Assembly (NCBI GenBank): GCA_002778465.1
Contig: PFBV01000003.1
Location: 87,736-151,735, forward strand
DNA length: 64,000 nt
Source: Candidatus Magasanikbacteria bacterium CG10_big_fil_rev_8_21_14_0_10_36_32
GTDB taxonomy: Bacteria > Patescibacteriota > Patescibacteriia > Magasanikbacterales > GWA2-37-8
Direction of reading: 5' to 3'
Shown: piece after piece, positions 40,060-50,076 of the stretch
Numbering within the stretch: the stretch's first letter is position 1
Layout of the letters: each line of letters opens with the position of its first letter
Notes under the pieces: generated by a model
Told to the model about the DNA's origin: nothing
Databases searched by the model: none
What the model saw: only the letters and a program-made list of their open reading frames with translations
Made by a program: the position numbers and the translations under genes

Positions 40060-40686
40060 TCAACAATAAAATACGCGATCGCCGGCGAATAACATTTTTT
40101 TACTATTAACAGAACGGGCATAAATATACCAACCATTTCCACCCCATTCCACCACTACTGCCCGTAATATTTCTTTGTTATCGCAAACATAAAAAATATT
40201 TGAGTAACCGTTAGTCAAAAGAACACCACTCTCACCATTTTTCTGAATTTTCATTAATTCATAAATACCAAACAATGATACTTTTACTTTATCTTCTCCG
40301 CCAAAATCTTTAATGAGATATTGATATAGCGAGGCGCACATAAGATCCTTGTGAAAACGAGGAATCGTTTCTTTTTTTATCTCTTCAATTTTATCACCAA
40401 ACCATCCTTTAAAATTATCATCAATAGCAGATATTTTAACCAAAGATTCTGAGGAAATATCTATTTTAAAGCGACTAGATACGATAAAATTAGTAACTTC
40501 AACTACAATCAGATTAACTATTTCTTCAACAATACTTTCACCTTCAACAGTAACTAGGCGACAAAGATCAGTCAGTTTACCACCTCGTTTGCACACGGCG
40601 GCAACCAACAACTTCATTACTGAAACAAGCACATCATCCGCATTTTCTACATTCTCAGATACATCTTTTAAATTATCTTTTGACAT
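40060..40686 (-). CDS. Hypothetical cytoplasmic protein (208 aa).
   Basis: The ORF has a perfect TTGACA-17-TATTAA promoter (about 40757-40788, minus strand) and a terminator aaccccacgcaaaatgcgtggggtt (40003-40030). Confidence 0.45.
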   Translation of the reverse strand: MSKDNLKDVSENVENADDVLVSVMKLLVAAVCKRGGKLTDLCRLVTVEGESIVEEIVNLIVVEVTNFIVSSRFKIDISSESLVKISAIDDNFKGWFGDKIEEIKKETIPRFHKDLMCASLYQYLIKDFGGEDKVKVSLFGIYELMKIQKNGESGVLLTNGYSNIFYVCDNKEILRAVVVEWGGNGWYIYARSVNSKKMLFAGDRVFYC

Positions 40687-40858
40687 TATTATTTCCCTTT
40701 ATTTAAGATTATCATTCATATAGATAATCTATTGGCAGTCAACGTTTTATTTTCAAAGAACAATTACATTAATACCATCTAATGACAATTTTGTCAAAGA
40801 CTAAATTATGTTCTATAATCTAAAATTTTAAATAAATAATTACTTCTACAAAATATTT

Positions 40859-41671
40859 TTATTTTTGGCAAACTTCACAAAATACAGTACCTCTACCACC
40901 AAGCTTAATTGTCTTAAGAATATTTCCACAACGACGACATTTTTCCCCACCATGTCCATAAACCTTAAGCCGTGGAACAAAATTACCTTCTTTACCAAAT
41001 AAATTCAAATAATTTACAGCCGAGCTTCCTCCACATTTAATCGCTTCGGACAAAACTTTTTTAATCGCCTGATATAATTTTTTGGCTTCATTTTTTTTCA
41101 AACTGCCGGCTGAACGAATCGGTTTAATGCCGGACGCAAAACAGGCTTCTTGAACATAAATATTTCCTAATCCGGCGATTAATTTTTGATCCAGCAATAA
41201 TTGTTTAATTTTCATTTTCGGACGTTTATTTAAAATTTCTTGAAAATTTTTAAAAATAAATTTATTGTCTAAAGGTTCTGGACCATATTCTGTATTCATA
41301 ATTTTAGATAATTCCATAACTGATAATAATTTTAAATATCCAAATCTGCGCATATCATTAAATAACAACCAATCATTCAATCCAAACTTAAAAATAACTC
41401 TGGTGTGCTTATTTTTTTCTCCGCGCCATAAATATTGTCCGGTCATTTTCAAATGTGTCACTAAAACCAAATCATTAGATAAATAAAACAATAATAATTT
41501 CGCCCGTCGGGCGATTTTTTTAATTTTAACTCCAATAATTTTCTTAACAAAAATCTTCGCCGGCATTTTAATTGTTTTGGAAGATAATATTTTAATACCG
41601 GTAATTTTTTTACCGGTAATTTTTTTCGCTAATTGGCTTCTTATGGTTTCAACTTCAGGAAGTTCGGGCAT
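40859..41671 (-). CDS. mutM: Formamidopyrimidine-DNA glycosylase.
   Basis: The true N-terminus is MPELPEVETIRSQL (catalytic Pro2). There is a C-terminal zinc finger CRRCGNILKTIKLGGRGTVFCEVCQ. The track ORF starts 9 codons earlier. Confidence 0.85.
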   Translation of the reverse strand: MPELPEVETIRSQLAKKITGKKITGIKILSSKTIKMPAKIFVKKIIGVKIKKIARRAKLLLFYLSNDLVLVTHLKMTGQYLWRGEKNKHTRVIFKFGLNDWLLFNDMRRFGYLKLLSVMELSKIMNTEYGPEPLDNKFIFKNFQEILNKRPKMKIKQLLLDQKLIAGLGNIYVQEACFASGIKPIRSAGSLKKNEAKKLYQAIKKVLSEAIKCGGSSAVNYLNLFGKEGNFVPRLKVYGHGGEKCRRCGNILKTIKLGGRGTVFCEVCQK

Positions 41672-41678
41672 AAAACAA

Positions 41679-44600
41679 TTATTTAACTCTCCCCTCACCT
41701 AATAAACTTTCAATCTCTTCTTTTAAATCTGATGATGGGGCTATTTTATATGAAGTTTTAATTTTTTTGCCTTTAACCGACAAATAAACCGGTACTTGTC
41801 CGGAATAATTCTTTAAAATTTTCTTTAAATCATCTGATTTTGTTTTTATTTCCTCTGGAGTAGCGCTGATTTCTAAACCTTTTTCTCCAATCTTTTTGTC
41901 TGGATTATCTGCAACAATTTTAACCGCAGACATGATTCCTCCGCCGTATAACATTTCTTTAATAATTGACTGACAATTTTCTTTATTTAATAAACAAGCT
42001 TTTTCCACAAATAATTTATCATCTCCCTCTCCTGTTGGCATTTTGCCAAGTACAGCTACCGGTTCACCTTCAACCCAAACATCTTTAGTTATTTCATAAG
42101 CCCGAGGAAAAACTAATAATTCAAGCTTATCAGATAAATCCTGGATAGTTACAAATAGCATTGTCTGGCCATTTTTAGTAATTTTTTTCTTAATACTATC
42201 AACCATACCTCCAACAATCGGCCAACCTTTATTTTGTACATTGAACGCATCACATAATGGCGTAATCATTCCAACTAACTTTTGTTCATAATAAGTGAAT
42301 GGGTGGGCGGTGACATAAAGTCCAAGTAATTCTTTTTCCCACTTCATTTTATCATCTTCAGTGGCCAATGGAGCCGCATCCAACCTAACTTTTTCGTTCA
42401 AATCAATATCTGTGCCTAAAAATAATGAATTTTGATTACTAATAATATTTTCTTTAGATGCGCGAACAAAAACCATTATATTTTCCGTGTTCGCCAGTAA
42501 TATTCCACGGTCATAACCGAAACAATCCAAAGCGCCACATTTAGCCAACGACTCTAAAGATTTTTTATTCAAATCTTTATCTTGAATCCGGCGTAAAAAA
42601 TCTTCAAAATCTTTATATTTTCCATTTGATTTTCTTTCACGATAAATAACTTCAGCAATATGCTCGCCAACATTTTTAATTCCCTGTAAACCAAAGCGAA
42701 TATGCGATTTACCACCATTTTCCCAACCAATCATGGCAAAGTTTTTAAAACTCTCATTAACATCGGGAGGTAAAACATCAATACCCATTTTTCCACATTC
42801 ATGAATAATTTCCGGAACCTTATCAATATCACCGCTTTCTGCAATTAATACGGCCGTCATATATTGAACCGGAAAATTAGCTTTAAGATAAGCGGTTTGA
42901 TAAGCTACTACCGCATAACTGGCGGCATGCGCTTTATTAAAACCATAACCTTGAAATGGCACGAACAAATCCCAAATCTGTTCCGCTTGTTCTTTGGTCA
43001 TTCCGCTGTGTTTCTGACAGCCGGGAACAAAAACTTCATGCTGTTTTGCCATTTCCGCGGGAATTTTTTTGCCAATGGCTTTACGAATTTTATCCACGTT
43101 TGTCCAATCATAACCGGCTAATTCCATGGCAGTAAACATTATATCATCCTGATAAACCAAAATTCCAAACGATTTATCCAGATACTTTTCCATTTTCGGA
43201 TGAAGATAAGTTACTGGGCTACGACCCTGTTTTCTAGCAATATATTCTGGAATATTTGCCATTGGACCGGGACGAAATAAAGCAATCATGGCCATAATAT
43301 CAAAAATTGTGGATGGAACCAATTCTTTCAAATAGCGGGTCATTCCGGAACCGGCCAATTGAAACAAACCAACCGTTTCACCACGGGCCAGCATTTCATA
43401 AGTTTTTTTATCATCCCAAGGAATATTAAATAAATCTATTTTTTTATTAGCGGTTTTTTCAATAATTTCCACCGCATGCCCCAAAATGGACAAATTTCTG
43501 ATGCCAAGAAAATCCATTTTCAAAACACCAGCCGGTTCAATTGAATACATATCATATTGAGTAATAATATGCGTACCGCCGGTTTCATATTGAACCGGAG
43601 TGTAATCAGTCAACGGGGTTGGCGAAATAACCACTCCGGCCGCGTGCATTGAAGAATGCCTGGCACAACCCTCAACTTTCTGAGCTAAATCAAGCAAACG
43701 ACGAGCTTGCGGATTTTTGTTATATAACTCTTCTAAATCTTTTTCCAATTCTAAAGCTTTAGCAATCGTCATTGGAAATCCCTGTGAACCCATTGGAATC
43801 ATTTTAGAAATCTGATCGCAAAAAGTATAAGAATAACCAAGAGCTCTACCGGTATCACGAATCGCACCACGCGCCATCATTGTTCCAAAAGTGATAATTT
43901 GTGCCACCCGATCGGCACCATATTTATCAGTCACATATTTAATAATTTCTTCACGGCGGTCATCAGCAAAATCTGCGTCAATATCTGGTGGACTGGGACG
44001 GAAAGGATTTAAAAATCTTTCAAATGGTAAATTAAAATACAACGGATTAACAGTGGTAATACCCATCGCATAAGAAACAATAGAACCAGCACCAGAACCG
44101 CGAGTAGTTTCCATAATACCATGATCGCGAGCATAATTAACATAATCAGCCACAGCAATAAAATAAGGCGCATAACCTTTTGTATTGATAATATTCAATT
44201 CATATTCAGCTCGCTGTTTTACTTCTGAATTTATTTCGGTTAATTTTGGTAATTTTTCAAACACTTGCTTTGTCAAATAATCTTCAGCTGTAATTCCTGG
44301 CGGAATATCAATCGGCGGAAAAATCCATTTATCCAATTCCAAAACTAAATTGACCCTTTCAGCAATTTTGACTGTATTTACTAATGCTTCTGGAATATGT
44401 TTAAAACGCCCAGCAATCTCTTTGGCTGTAGCTAAAGAACAATCCACACTTGCCATGCTTGAACGATTCGGATCTTCCATTGTTCGTCCATCACGAATGC
44501 AGGTTAAAATATCCTGTGCTTCAGCGTCTTCAGGATTTAAATAATGTGCATCGCGACTAACAATAAGGGGTATACCTGTTTCTTTAGATAATTTTTGTAA

Positions 44601-45170
44601 CTGACTATTCAATTCCATTTGTCCGGATAAAGCCGGCAAATCCATCATTTCTAAATAAAAATTTCCTTCACCAAAAATTTCCTGATATTCCAATGCAACT
44701 TTTTTTGCTTTATCAAAATTATTTTCTTTTCGTAAAATATGCGGAATCTCTCCGCCAAAACAAGCGGAAGTAGCCACCAATCCTTCATGATATTGTTTTA
44801 ATAATTCTTTATCCAACCGAGGTTTATAATAAAATCCTTCCAAATTCGCCAATGACGTCAATTTCATCAAATTACGATAACCGGTATAATTCAAAGCCAA
44901 TAAAACCAAATGAAAATATTTATTATCCGGTCCATTTTTTTCAAAACGGCTAGTCGGAGCCAGATAGGCTTCCATGCCAATAATCGGTTTTATATCTTCC
45001 TTTAAACATTTCTGATAAAATTCAATCGCCCCATACATATTACCATGATCAGTCAAAGCCAATGCCGAAAAACCGCGTTTTTTTGCGGTCTTAACCAACT
45101 CATCAATCTTTGATAAACCATCTAATAAAGAATAATGGCTGTGAACATGTAGATGAACAAATTCAGACAT
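41679..45170 (-). CDS. dnaE: DNA polymerase III alpha subunit.
   Basis: PHP domain MSEFVHLHVHSHYSLLDG, the polymerase core and an OB domain. 1163 aa. Confidence 0.9.
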   Translation of the reverse strand: MSEFVHLHVHSHYSLLDGLSKIDELVKTAKKRGFSALALTDHGNMYGAIEFYQKCLKEDIKPIIGMEAYLAPTSRFEKNGPDNKYFHLVLLALNYTGYRNLMKLTSLANLEGFYYKPRLDKELLKQYHEGLVATSACFGGEIPHILRKENNFDKAKKVALEYQEIFGEGNFYLEMMDLPALSGQMELNSQLQKLSKETGIPLIVSRDAHYLNPEDAEAQDILTCIRDGRTMEDPNRSSMASVDCSLATAKEIAGRFKHIPEALVNTVKIAERVNLVLELDKWIFPPIDIPPGITAEDYLTKQVFEKLPKLTEINSEVKQRAEYELNIINTKGYAPYFIAVADYVNYARDHGIMETTRGSGAGSIVSYAMGITTVNPLYFNLPFERFLNPFRPSPPDIDADFADDRREEIIKYVTDKYGADRVAQIITFGTMMARGAIRDTGRALGYSYTFCDQISKMIPMGSQGFPMTIAKALELEKDLEELYNKNPQARRLLDLAQKVEGCARHSSMHAAGVVISPTPLTDYTPVQYETGGTHIITQYDMYSIEPAGVLKMDFLGIRNLSILGHAVEIIEKTANKKIDLFNIPWDDKKTYEMLARGETVGLFQLAGSGMTRYLKELVPSTIFDIMAMIALFRPGPMANIPEYIARKQGRSPVTYLHPKMEKYLDKSFGILVYQDDIMFTAMELAGYDWTNVDKIRKAIGKKIPAEMAKQHEVFVPGCQKHSGMTKEQAEQIWDLFVPFQGYGFNKAHAASYAVVAYQTAYLKANFPVQYMTAVLIAESGDIDKVPEIIHECGKMGIDVLPPDVNESFKNFAMIGWENGGKSHIRFGLQGIKNVGEHIAEVIYRERKSNGKYKDFEDFLRRIQDKDLNKKSLESLAKCGALDCFGYDRGILLANTENIMVFVRASKENIISNQNSLFLGTDIDLNEKVRLDAAPLATEDDKMKWEKELLGLYVTAHPFTYYEQKLVGMITPLCDAFNVQNKGWPIVGGMVDSIKKKITKNGQTMLFVTIQDLSDKLELLVFPRAYEITKDVWVEGEPVAVLGKMPTGEGDDKLFVEKACLLNKENCQSIIKEMLYGGGIMSAVKIVADNPDKKIGEKGLEISATPEEIKTKSDDLKKILKNYSGQVPVYLSVKGKKIKTSYKIAPSSDLKEEIESLLGEGRVK

Positions 45171-45258
45171 ACTGGCTTTATTTTACGGCAAACCGCAAAT
45201 AAAATCAACCGGTTAAAAAACAAAAAATCCCCCGCTTTAACGGGGGATTTATTTTTTA

Positions 45259-45660
45259 TTATTTTTTCATTTTTTTACTTAACTTCTGAACTTTTTTCGC
45301 TGTTGCTTCAGCAGCTTTATCAACCGCTTCTTTAGCTGCCATATTTAAACTTGCCGTGCCGACATCAACTAAGTCTTTAACTTTTCCAGCTACAAATTCC
45401 TTAATATCATCCTCGCAACTGGCCTTTTTTTGTCCACCAAAAAACATTTTTACTAAACCGGATATTCCCTCAACTTTTTCTTGAACTTTAGTTACCGCTT
45501 CAGTCAATTGTTGAAAACGCATGCGAAATTCCTCAATAATTTTATTAAAATTCTTTAAAACACTACCGGCATAATAAAACATCCAACAAAGGAAAAAAGT
45601 GGCCCAAATAATACAAAAAGATATTACTATATATAGTATATCCTTTGAATTTTCTATCAT
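45259..45660 (-). CDS. Small membrane-anchored coiled-coil protein (hypothetical).
   Basis: N-terminal TM helix, then a Lys/Ala-rich helical segment. Bidirectional terminator aaaatcccccgctttaacgggggattt at 45222-45252. Confidence 0.4.
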   Translation of the reverse strand: MIENSKDILYIVISFCIIWATFFLCWMFYYAGSVLKNFNKIIEEFRMRFQQLTEAVTKVQEKVEGISGLVKMFFGGQKKASCEDDIKEFVAGKVKDLVDVGTASLNMAAKEAVDKAAEATAKKVQKLSKKMKK

Positions 45661-45726
45661 AAATTTGTGTTAAAAATTAAACTGTCTGTATTATACCACA
45701 AATCTACCCTCCAGCCAAAATTGCTT

Positions 45727-48168
45727 TTATGCGCGAATTTCAGCCTGATATTTTTTATGAAGTAAGACGACAACTTGTTCCATAACTTTATCTACCTCAG
45801 CTGAATTCAATGTCTTTTCAGGATTAGTAAAAGTTAAACGATAAGCCATGCTCTTTTTGTCTTTTTGAATATGTTCTCCTTCATAAACATCAAACAATTC
45901 AATTTTTTTAATCAATTTATCAATGCCGGATAAATCTTCAGCTATTTTTTCATGCTCGATTTTTTTAGCAACTGTAAAAGCTAAATCACGTAAAACTTCA
46001 GGAAACTCAGAAAGTTTTTCGTAAGTTTTAATTTTAGAACCGGCAACAATCTCCGCCATCTCATTCAAATTAATTTCTAAAATACCCACTCTTATATCCA
46101 ATCCAAATTTCTTTGCTGTCACCGGATTAACTTCATATATAAAACCTAGAGTTTTTTCTCCTATAACAACTTCTCCTGACCGAGTCGGATGCATCCATAA
46201 TTTTGTGGATGGAAGTTTTTTAATTGTCACTGGTAAATTCAATTCATTCATTATAACTTCAATCGTCCTACGGGCAACCGTAAACGGAATTTCATTCTTT
46301 TTATCCGCACAAACTGCTGACAACCAAACGTCCTGACGAGGTAAAAGTTCATCACTTTTTTCTTTTGTCCGCGGACCGTTAAAATCTGGCCAGAAAACCT
46401 TTCCTATTTCTAAAATTTTTACCGGACTAAAATATTCAATATTTTTTGCCGCATTCTCCAACATATTCGGCACTAACGATCGGCGAAGAAGCGGCTTTTC
46501 TTTGGAAATAGGATTATCTAATTCCACATATTCTCCATCATCACCAAACTTTTCTTTCTGTTCACGACTGACAAATGCATAATTATAAACTTCATCGTAA
46601 GCCAAATTACGAACTAAAATAGTGCGAAATAAATGTTCCAATTTTCTGATATCATTTTCTTCAGGTGGTATCATTGGAAACAGAGGAGTGGCTGATTGAA
46701 TATTATCATAACCGTAAATACGCGCGACTTCTTCAACTAAATCCTCCACAATTGAAATTTCTTTACTGGCGCGCCAACTCGGAATTTTTACCATCCAAAC
46801 TCTACTCTTATCCTTAATTTCAAAACCAAGCCTTTCTAAAATATTTTTAATATCTTTTTCCGGAATTTCTACACCTAATTTTTTAGTAAAAATATTTTTA
46901 TCCACTTCCAACGGTCCGCCAGCAACAGTAAAATTGGCAACATCAATCAATCGACTAGAAATTGTCGCTCCGTGACAAAATTCCAAAGTAAATTCAACCG
47001 CTTTTTGTAAAGCTGTTTCACACACAATAGGATCTAAACTTTTTTCAAAACGCGCCGATGAATCAGTTCTTAAACCCAAACGCACTGAACTCTTCCTAAT
47101 GGTGGCGGCATTAAAATTAGCTGATTCAAAAATTATTGTATCGGTAGTTTCATCAATTCCACTTGTTTCTCCTCCCATAATTCCAGCTAAAGCTAAAGGT
47201 TTTTCCGAATCAGCAATCACTAAATCTGCTTCTGATAAATTAACTTTAACATCATCAAGTAAAATCATTTTTTCTCCTTTTTCCGCCTGTCTAACAATAA
47301 TATTAGTTAATTTTTTGGCATCAAAAGCATGCATCGGCTGACCCAAATCCAACATTAAATAATTAGTAATGTCAACGATATTATTAATAGGTCTTAATCC
47401 TGCCGCGATTAAACTTTGTCTCATCCAATCTGGAGATTCAGTAATTTTAATTCCACTTATTGCCACCGCCATATAACGCGGACAAAGTTTTGTATCTTTA
47501 ACTTCAACTTTCAAATCAATTTCATTTTTAGAAGATTTAATCGGCTTAATTTTATAATCATTAAGTGCTTTACCTAACAAAGCCGCCACTTCACGCGCTA
47601 AACCGTAATGTCCCCACAAATCAGGACGGTTACTCAATGATTTATTATCAATTTCAAAAATTGTATCATTTAAACCCAACGCTTCAGCCAATGGTTTACC
47701 AATTGTTTTTTCTTTAACTTTTTCAGATAAATCAATAATTTCTTTTTCATCTTTTGGTGGAAACATTCCACTTAAACCAATTTCTGTCGCGCCACAAATC
47801 ATTCCATAAGATTCCACACCACGAATAGTAGTCAATTTTAATTCAACCAATTCTCCTTCACCGTGCCACTTTACTTTCGCTCCAATTTTCGCCAACGCCA
47901 CCAACATTCCTTCACGCACATTAGAACCGCCACAAACAATTTGTAATTTTTCTCCTGCATCAACTTGGCATAATTTTAATTTATCAGCCTGAGGATGTTT
48001 TTCTGCTGAAACAATTTTACCAACAACAATGTTTTCCAAATCTTTACCTTGACTTTCAACATTTTCAACTTCCACCGTGCTTAATTTTAATTTTTCCGCC
48101 ACTTCTTCCGCTGTAATAGAACTGGACAAATTAACATGTTTTTTTAACCAATTAAATGAAATTCTCAT
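45727..48168 (-). CDS. pheT: Phenylalanyl-tRNA synthetase beta subunit.
   Basis: 813 aa with an N-terminal tRNA-binding OB domain, B3/B4, B5 and C-terminal FDX-ACB regions. It is adjacent to pheS. Confidence 0.85.
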   Translation of the reverse strand: MRISFNWLKKHVNLSSSITAEEVAEKLKLSTVEVENVESQGKDLENIVVGKIVSAEKHPQADKLKLCQVDAGEKLQIVCGGSNVREGMLVALAKIGAKVKWHGEGELVELKLTTIRGVESYGMICGATEIGLSGMFPPKDEKEIIDLSEKVKEKTIGKPLAEALGLNDTIFEIDNKSLSNRPDLWGHYGLAREVAALLGKALNDYKIKPIKSSKNEIDLKVEVKDTKLCPRYMAVAISGIKITESPDWMRQSLIAAGLRPINNIVDITNYLMLDLGQPMHAFDAKKLTNIIVRQAEKGEKMILLDDVKVNLSEADLVIADSEKPLALAGIMGGETSGIDETTDTIIFESANFNAATIRKSSVRLGLRTDSSARFEKSLDPIVCETALQKAVEFTLEFCHGATISSRLIDVANFTVAGGPLEVDKNIFTKKLGVEIPEKDIKNILERLGFEIKDKSRVWMVKIPSWRASKEISIVEDLVEEVARIYGYDNIQSATPLFPMIPPEENDIRKLEHLFRTILVRNLAYDEVYNYAFVSREQKEKFGDDGEYVELDNPISKEKPLLRRSLVPNMLENAAKNIEYFSPVKILEIGKVFWPDFNGPRTKEKSDELLPRQDVWLSAVCADKKNEIPFTVARRTIEVIMNELNLPVTIKKLPSTKLWMHPTRSGEVVIGEKTLGFIYEVNPVTAKKFGLDIRVGILEINLNEMAEIVAGSKIKTYEKLSEFPEVLRDLAFTVAKKIEHEKIAEDLSGIDKLIKKIELFDVYEGEHIQKDKKSMAYRLTFTNPEKTLNSAEVDKVMEQVVVLLHKKYQAEIRA

Positions 48169-48169
48169 A

Positions 48170-49201
48170 TTAAAATTGTTTTATAAATCTCAAATCACCA
48201 CTTTCTAAAAATCGGATATCATCAATATTGTATTTAAGCATCACTAATCTAGTCAATCCAAAACCAAAAGCAAAACCCTGATATTTCATTGAGTCAATAT
48301 TGCCTTCTTTTAAAACATTAGGATGAATCATTCCGGCACCAAAAATTTCCATCCAACCGGTATATTTACATACACGACAACCTTTTCCACCACACAGAAA
48401 ACAAGTTACTTCGCCATTAACACCTGGCTCAACAAAAGGATAAAATTTCGGACGTAAACGAACCTTTGTTTCAGATCCATACAAATGTTTAGCTACCGCT
48501 TCTAAAACACCTTTCATATGTGCCAATGTAATATTTTTATCAACCACTACACCTTCCAACTGATAAAAAGTATGTTCATGTCGGGCATCAGTTGATTCAT
48601 TTCGAAAACATTTTCCAGGCACAATCATTCTCAATGGAGCACCATATTTTTGCATTGCCCTAACTTGAACCGAAGAAGTATGTGTTCGCATTACCCAATC
48701 AGAATGATCTTTAATATAAAAAGTATCTTGCATATCACGAGCCGGATGATCAGCTGGAATATTCACGGCGGCAAAATTATAATAATCACTTTCTAATTCC
48801 GGTCCATCTAAAATTTTAAAACCCATTGAAACAAAGAAGTCTTCCAAATCTTTCTGCACAATAGAATTCGGATGAAAATGTCCACATTCCTGTGACGGCA
48901 AAGCCGGCTGGCTGATATCAACTGTTTCTTTTTCCAATTCGCCTGACGAATTTTTCTCCCACAACTCATTTTTTTTAACCGCTAATTCTTCTTCTATTTC
49001 TTTCTTAACTTCATTAGCTAACTGTCCGACAGTTCGTTTTTCTTCATCAGACAAATCTTTCAATCCTTTCATCAATTCAGTCAATTCTCCGGCTTTACGT
49101 CCAAGTAATCTATTTTCTAAATCTACCAATCCAGCATCATCTTTAATAGCTTTAATCACCGCCAACGCTTCGCTTTTTAATTTTTGTAATTTATCTTTCA
49201 T
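48170..49201 (-). CDS. pheS: Phenylalanyl-tRNA synthetase alpha subunit.
   Basis: Class II core with motifs FRNE...; HEHTFYQLEGVVVDK; GFAFGFGLTRLVML. Confidence 0.9.
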   Translation of the reverse strand: MKDKLQKLKSEALAVIKAIKDDAGLVDLENRLLGRKAGELTELMKGLKDLSDEEKRTVGQLANEVKKEIEEELAVKKNELWEKNSSGELEKETVDISQPALPSQECGHFHPNSIVQKDLEDFFVSMGFKILDGPELESDYYNFAAVNIPADHPARDMQDTFYIKDHSDWVMRTHTSSVQVRAMQKYGAPLRMIVPGKCFRNESTDARHEHTFYQLEGVVVDKNITLAHMKGVLEAVAKHLYGSETKVRLRPKFYPFVEPGVNGEVTCFLCGGKGCRVCKYTGWMEIFGAGMIHPNVLKEGNIDSMKYQGFAFGFGLTRLVMLKYNIDDIRFLESGDLRFIKQF

Positions 49202-49218
49202 AATTTAAAATTATTTTT

Positions 49219-50076
49219 CTATAATTTTGGTTTAATTCTCTTGCCTGTTTTGGCAGGATCGTAAGTATCAGTTAAAGTTTTGGCATGATAAGTTTTTAAT
49301 GCTTTATGTAATTCTTCAATCACACTAGTTTCTATAAAATTTTCAGGATTAATCATTCCTTCCTGAATTGATTTTGAACAATTATCTTCTTCCTTTAATT
49401 CTTCTTCCCAATCAAACTTCTCTAAATTTTTAGTTTTAAATTTTTTAAAAAAATCAATTCCCGTTTGGTCTGATATTTTCCTAAAATACTTTAACGCTCT
49501 AGCGGTAGCATCCCTTTCCATTATTTTTTCCGATAAATTAATAACTTCCTTTGAATTTGTTTCATTTATCTTCCCAGATTTTATTAATGTCACCACTTCG
49601 GGAAACATTTTTATTACACGCTTAAATACTTCAACTCTTTCTTTTGTATTATCATCGTTCTTTTCTATTTTAATATCAAGAGCCAATTTTAAAATATCCT
49701 GATCAAAATTTTCATTTATAAATTGATCTAAATGTCCAAATTCATGCATTAAAAGCCCTAAATCAATAATACTATCAAATTTATTTATTTCTACATCACC
49801 TGACGATACAAATAAATTACCTCCCTCTTCTCCCGTATAATTAAGAAAAACTTTTCCAGCATTAACTAATTTCAAAATATCTACACTGCCTTTTGGTCCT
49901 TCAATATTCAAACTTTTTAATTCACTTATTAACGGTTCAGTTTCTTTCCATTCCACTTTCAAATGTTTATTCCAATCAAACTCCACCTTCAGTTCGCGGG
50001 TTTCTCTAATTTCTGACGGAATTTGATTTTGTTCCGGTGAACGTGTCATATTAAAAAAACTTATTCCACAAACCAA
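49219..50076 (-). CDS. Hypothetical protein with an HExxH motif (putative soluble zinc metallopeptidase).
   Basis: LLMHEFGHLDQF; no TM or signal peptide. It overlaps the rseP start by 26 nt. Confidence 0.4.
   Translation of the reverse strand: MVCGISFFNMTRSPEQNQIPSEIRETRELKVEFDWNKHLKVEWKETEPLISELKSLNIEGPKGSVDILKLVNAGKVFLNYTGEEGGNLFVSSGDVEINKFDSIIDLGLLMHEFGHLDQFINENFDQDILKLALDIKIEKNDDNTKERVEVFKRVIKMFPEVVTLIKSGKINETNSKEVINLSEKIMERDATARALKYFRKISDQTGIDFFKKFKTKNLEKFDWEEELKEEDNCSKSIQEGMINPENFIETSVIEELHKALKTYHAKTLTDTYDPAKTGKRIKPKL

Noticed and set aside
22600-40790. Repeated TTTTGTCAA strings in intergenic regions, considered as a possible dispersed repeat or CRISPR-like element.
   Set aside because: They are the reverse complements of -35 TTGACA boxes of minus-strand promoters, each followed at 17 nt by a TATAAT-like -10. 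There are no regular spacers or repeat arrays, and no CRISPR array exists in the window.
41672-41698. Nine-codon N-terminal extension of fpg (MRGELNNCF) in the ORF track.
   Set aside because: Fpg requires Pro2 as the catalytic nucleophile, so translation must start at MPELPEV (ATG at 41671). The extension would also overlap dnaE.
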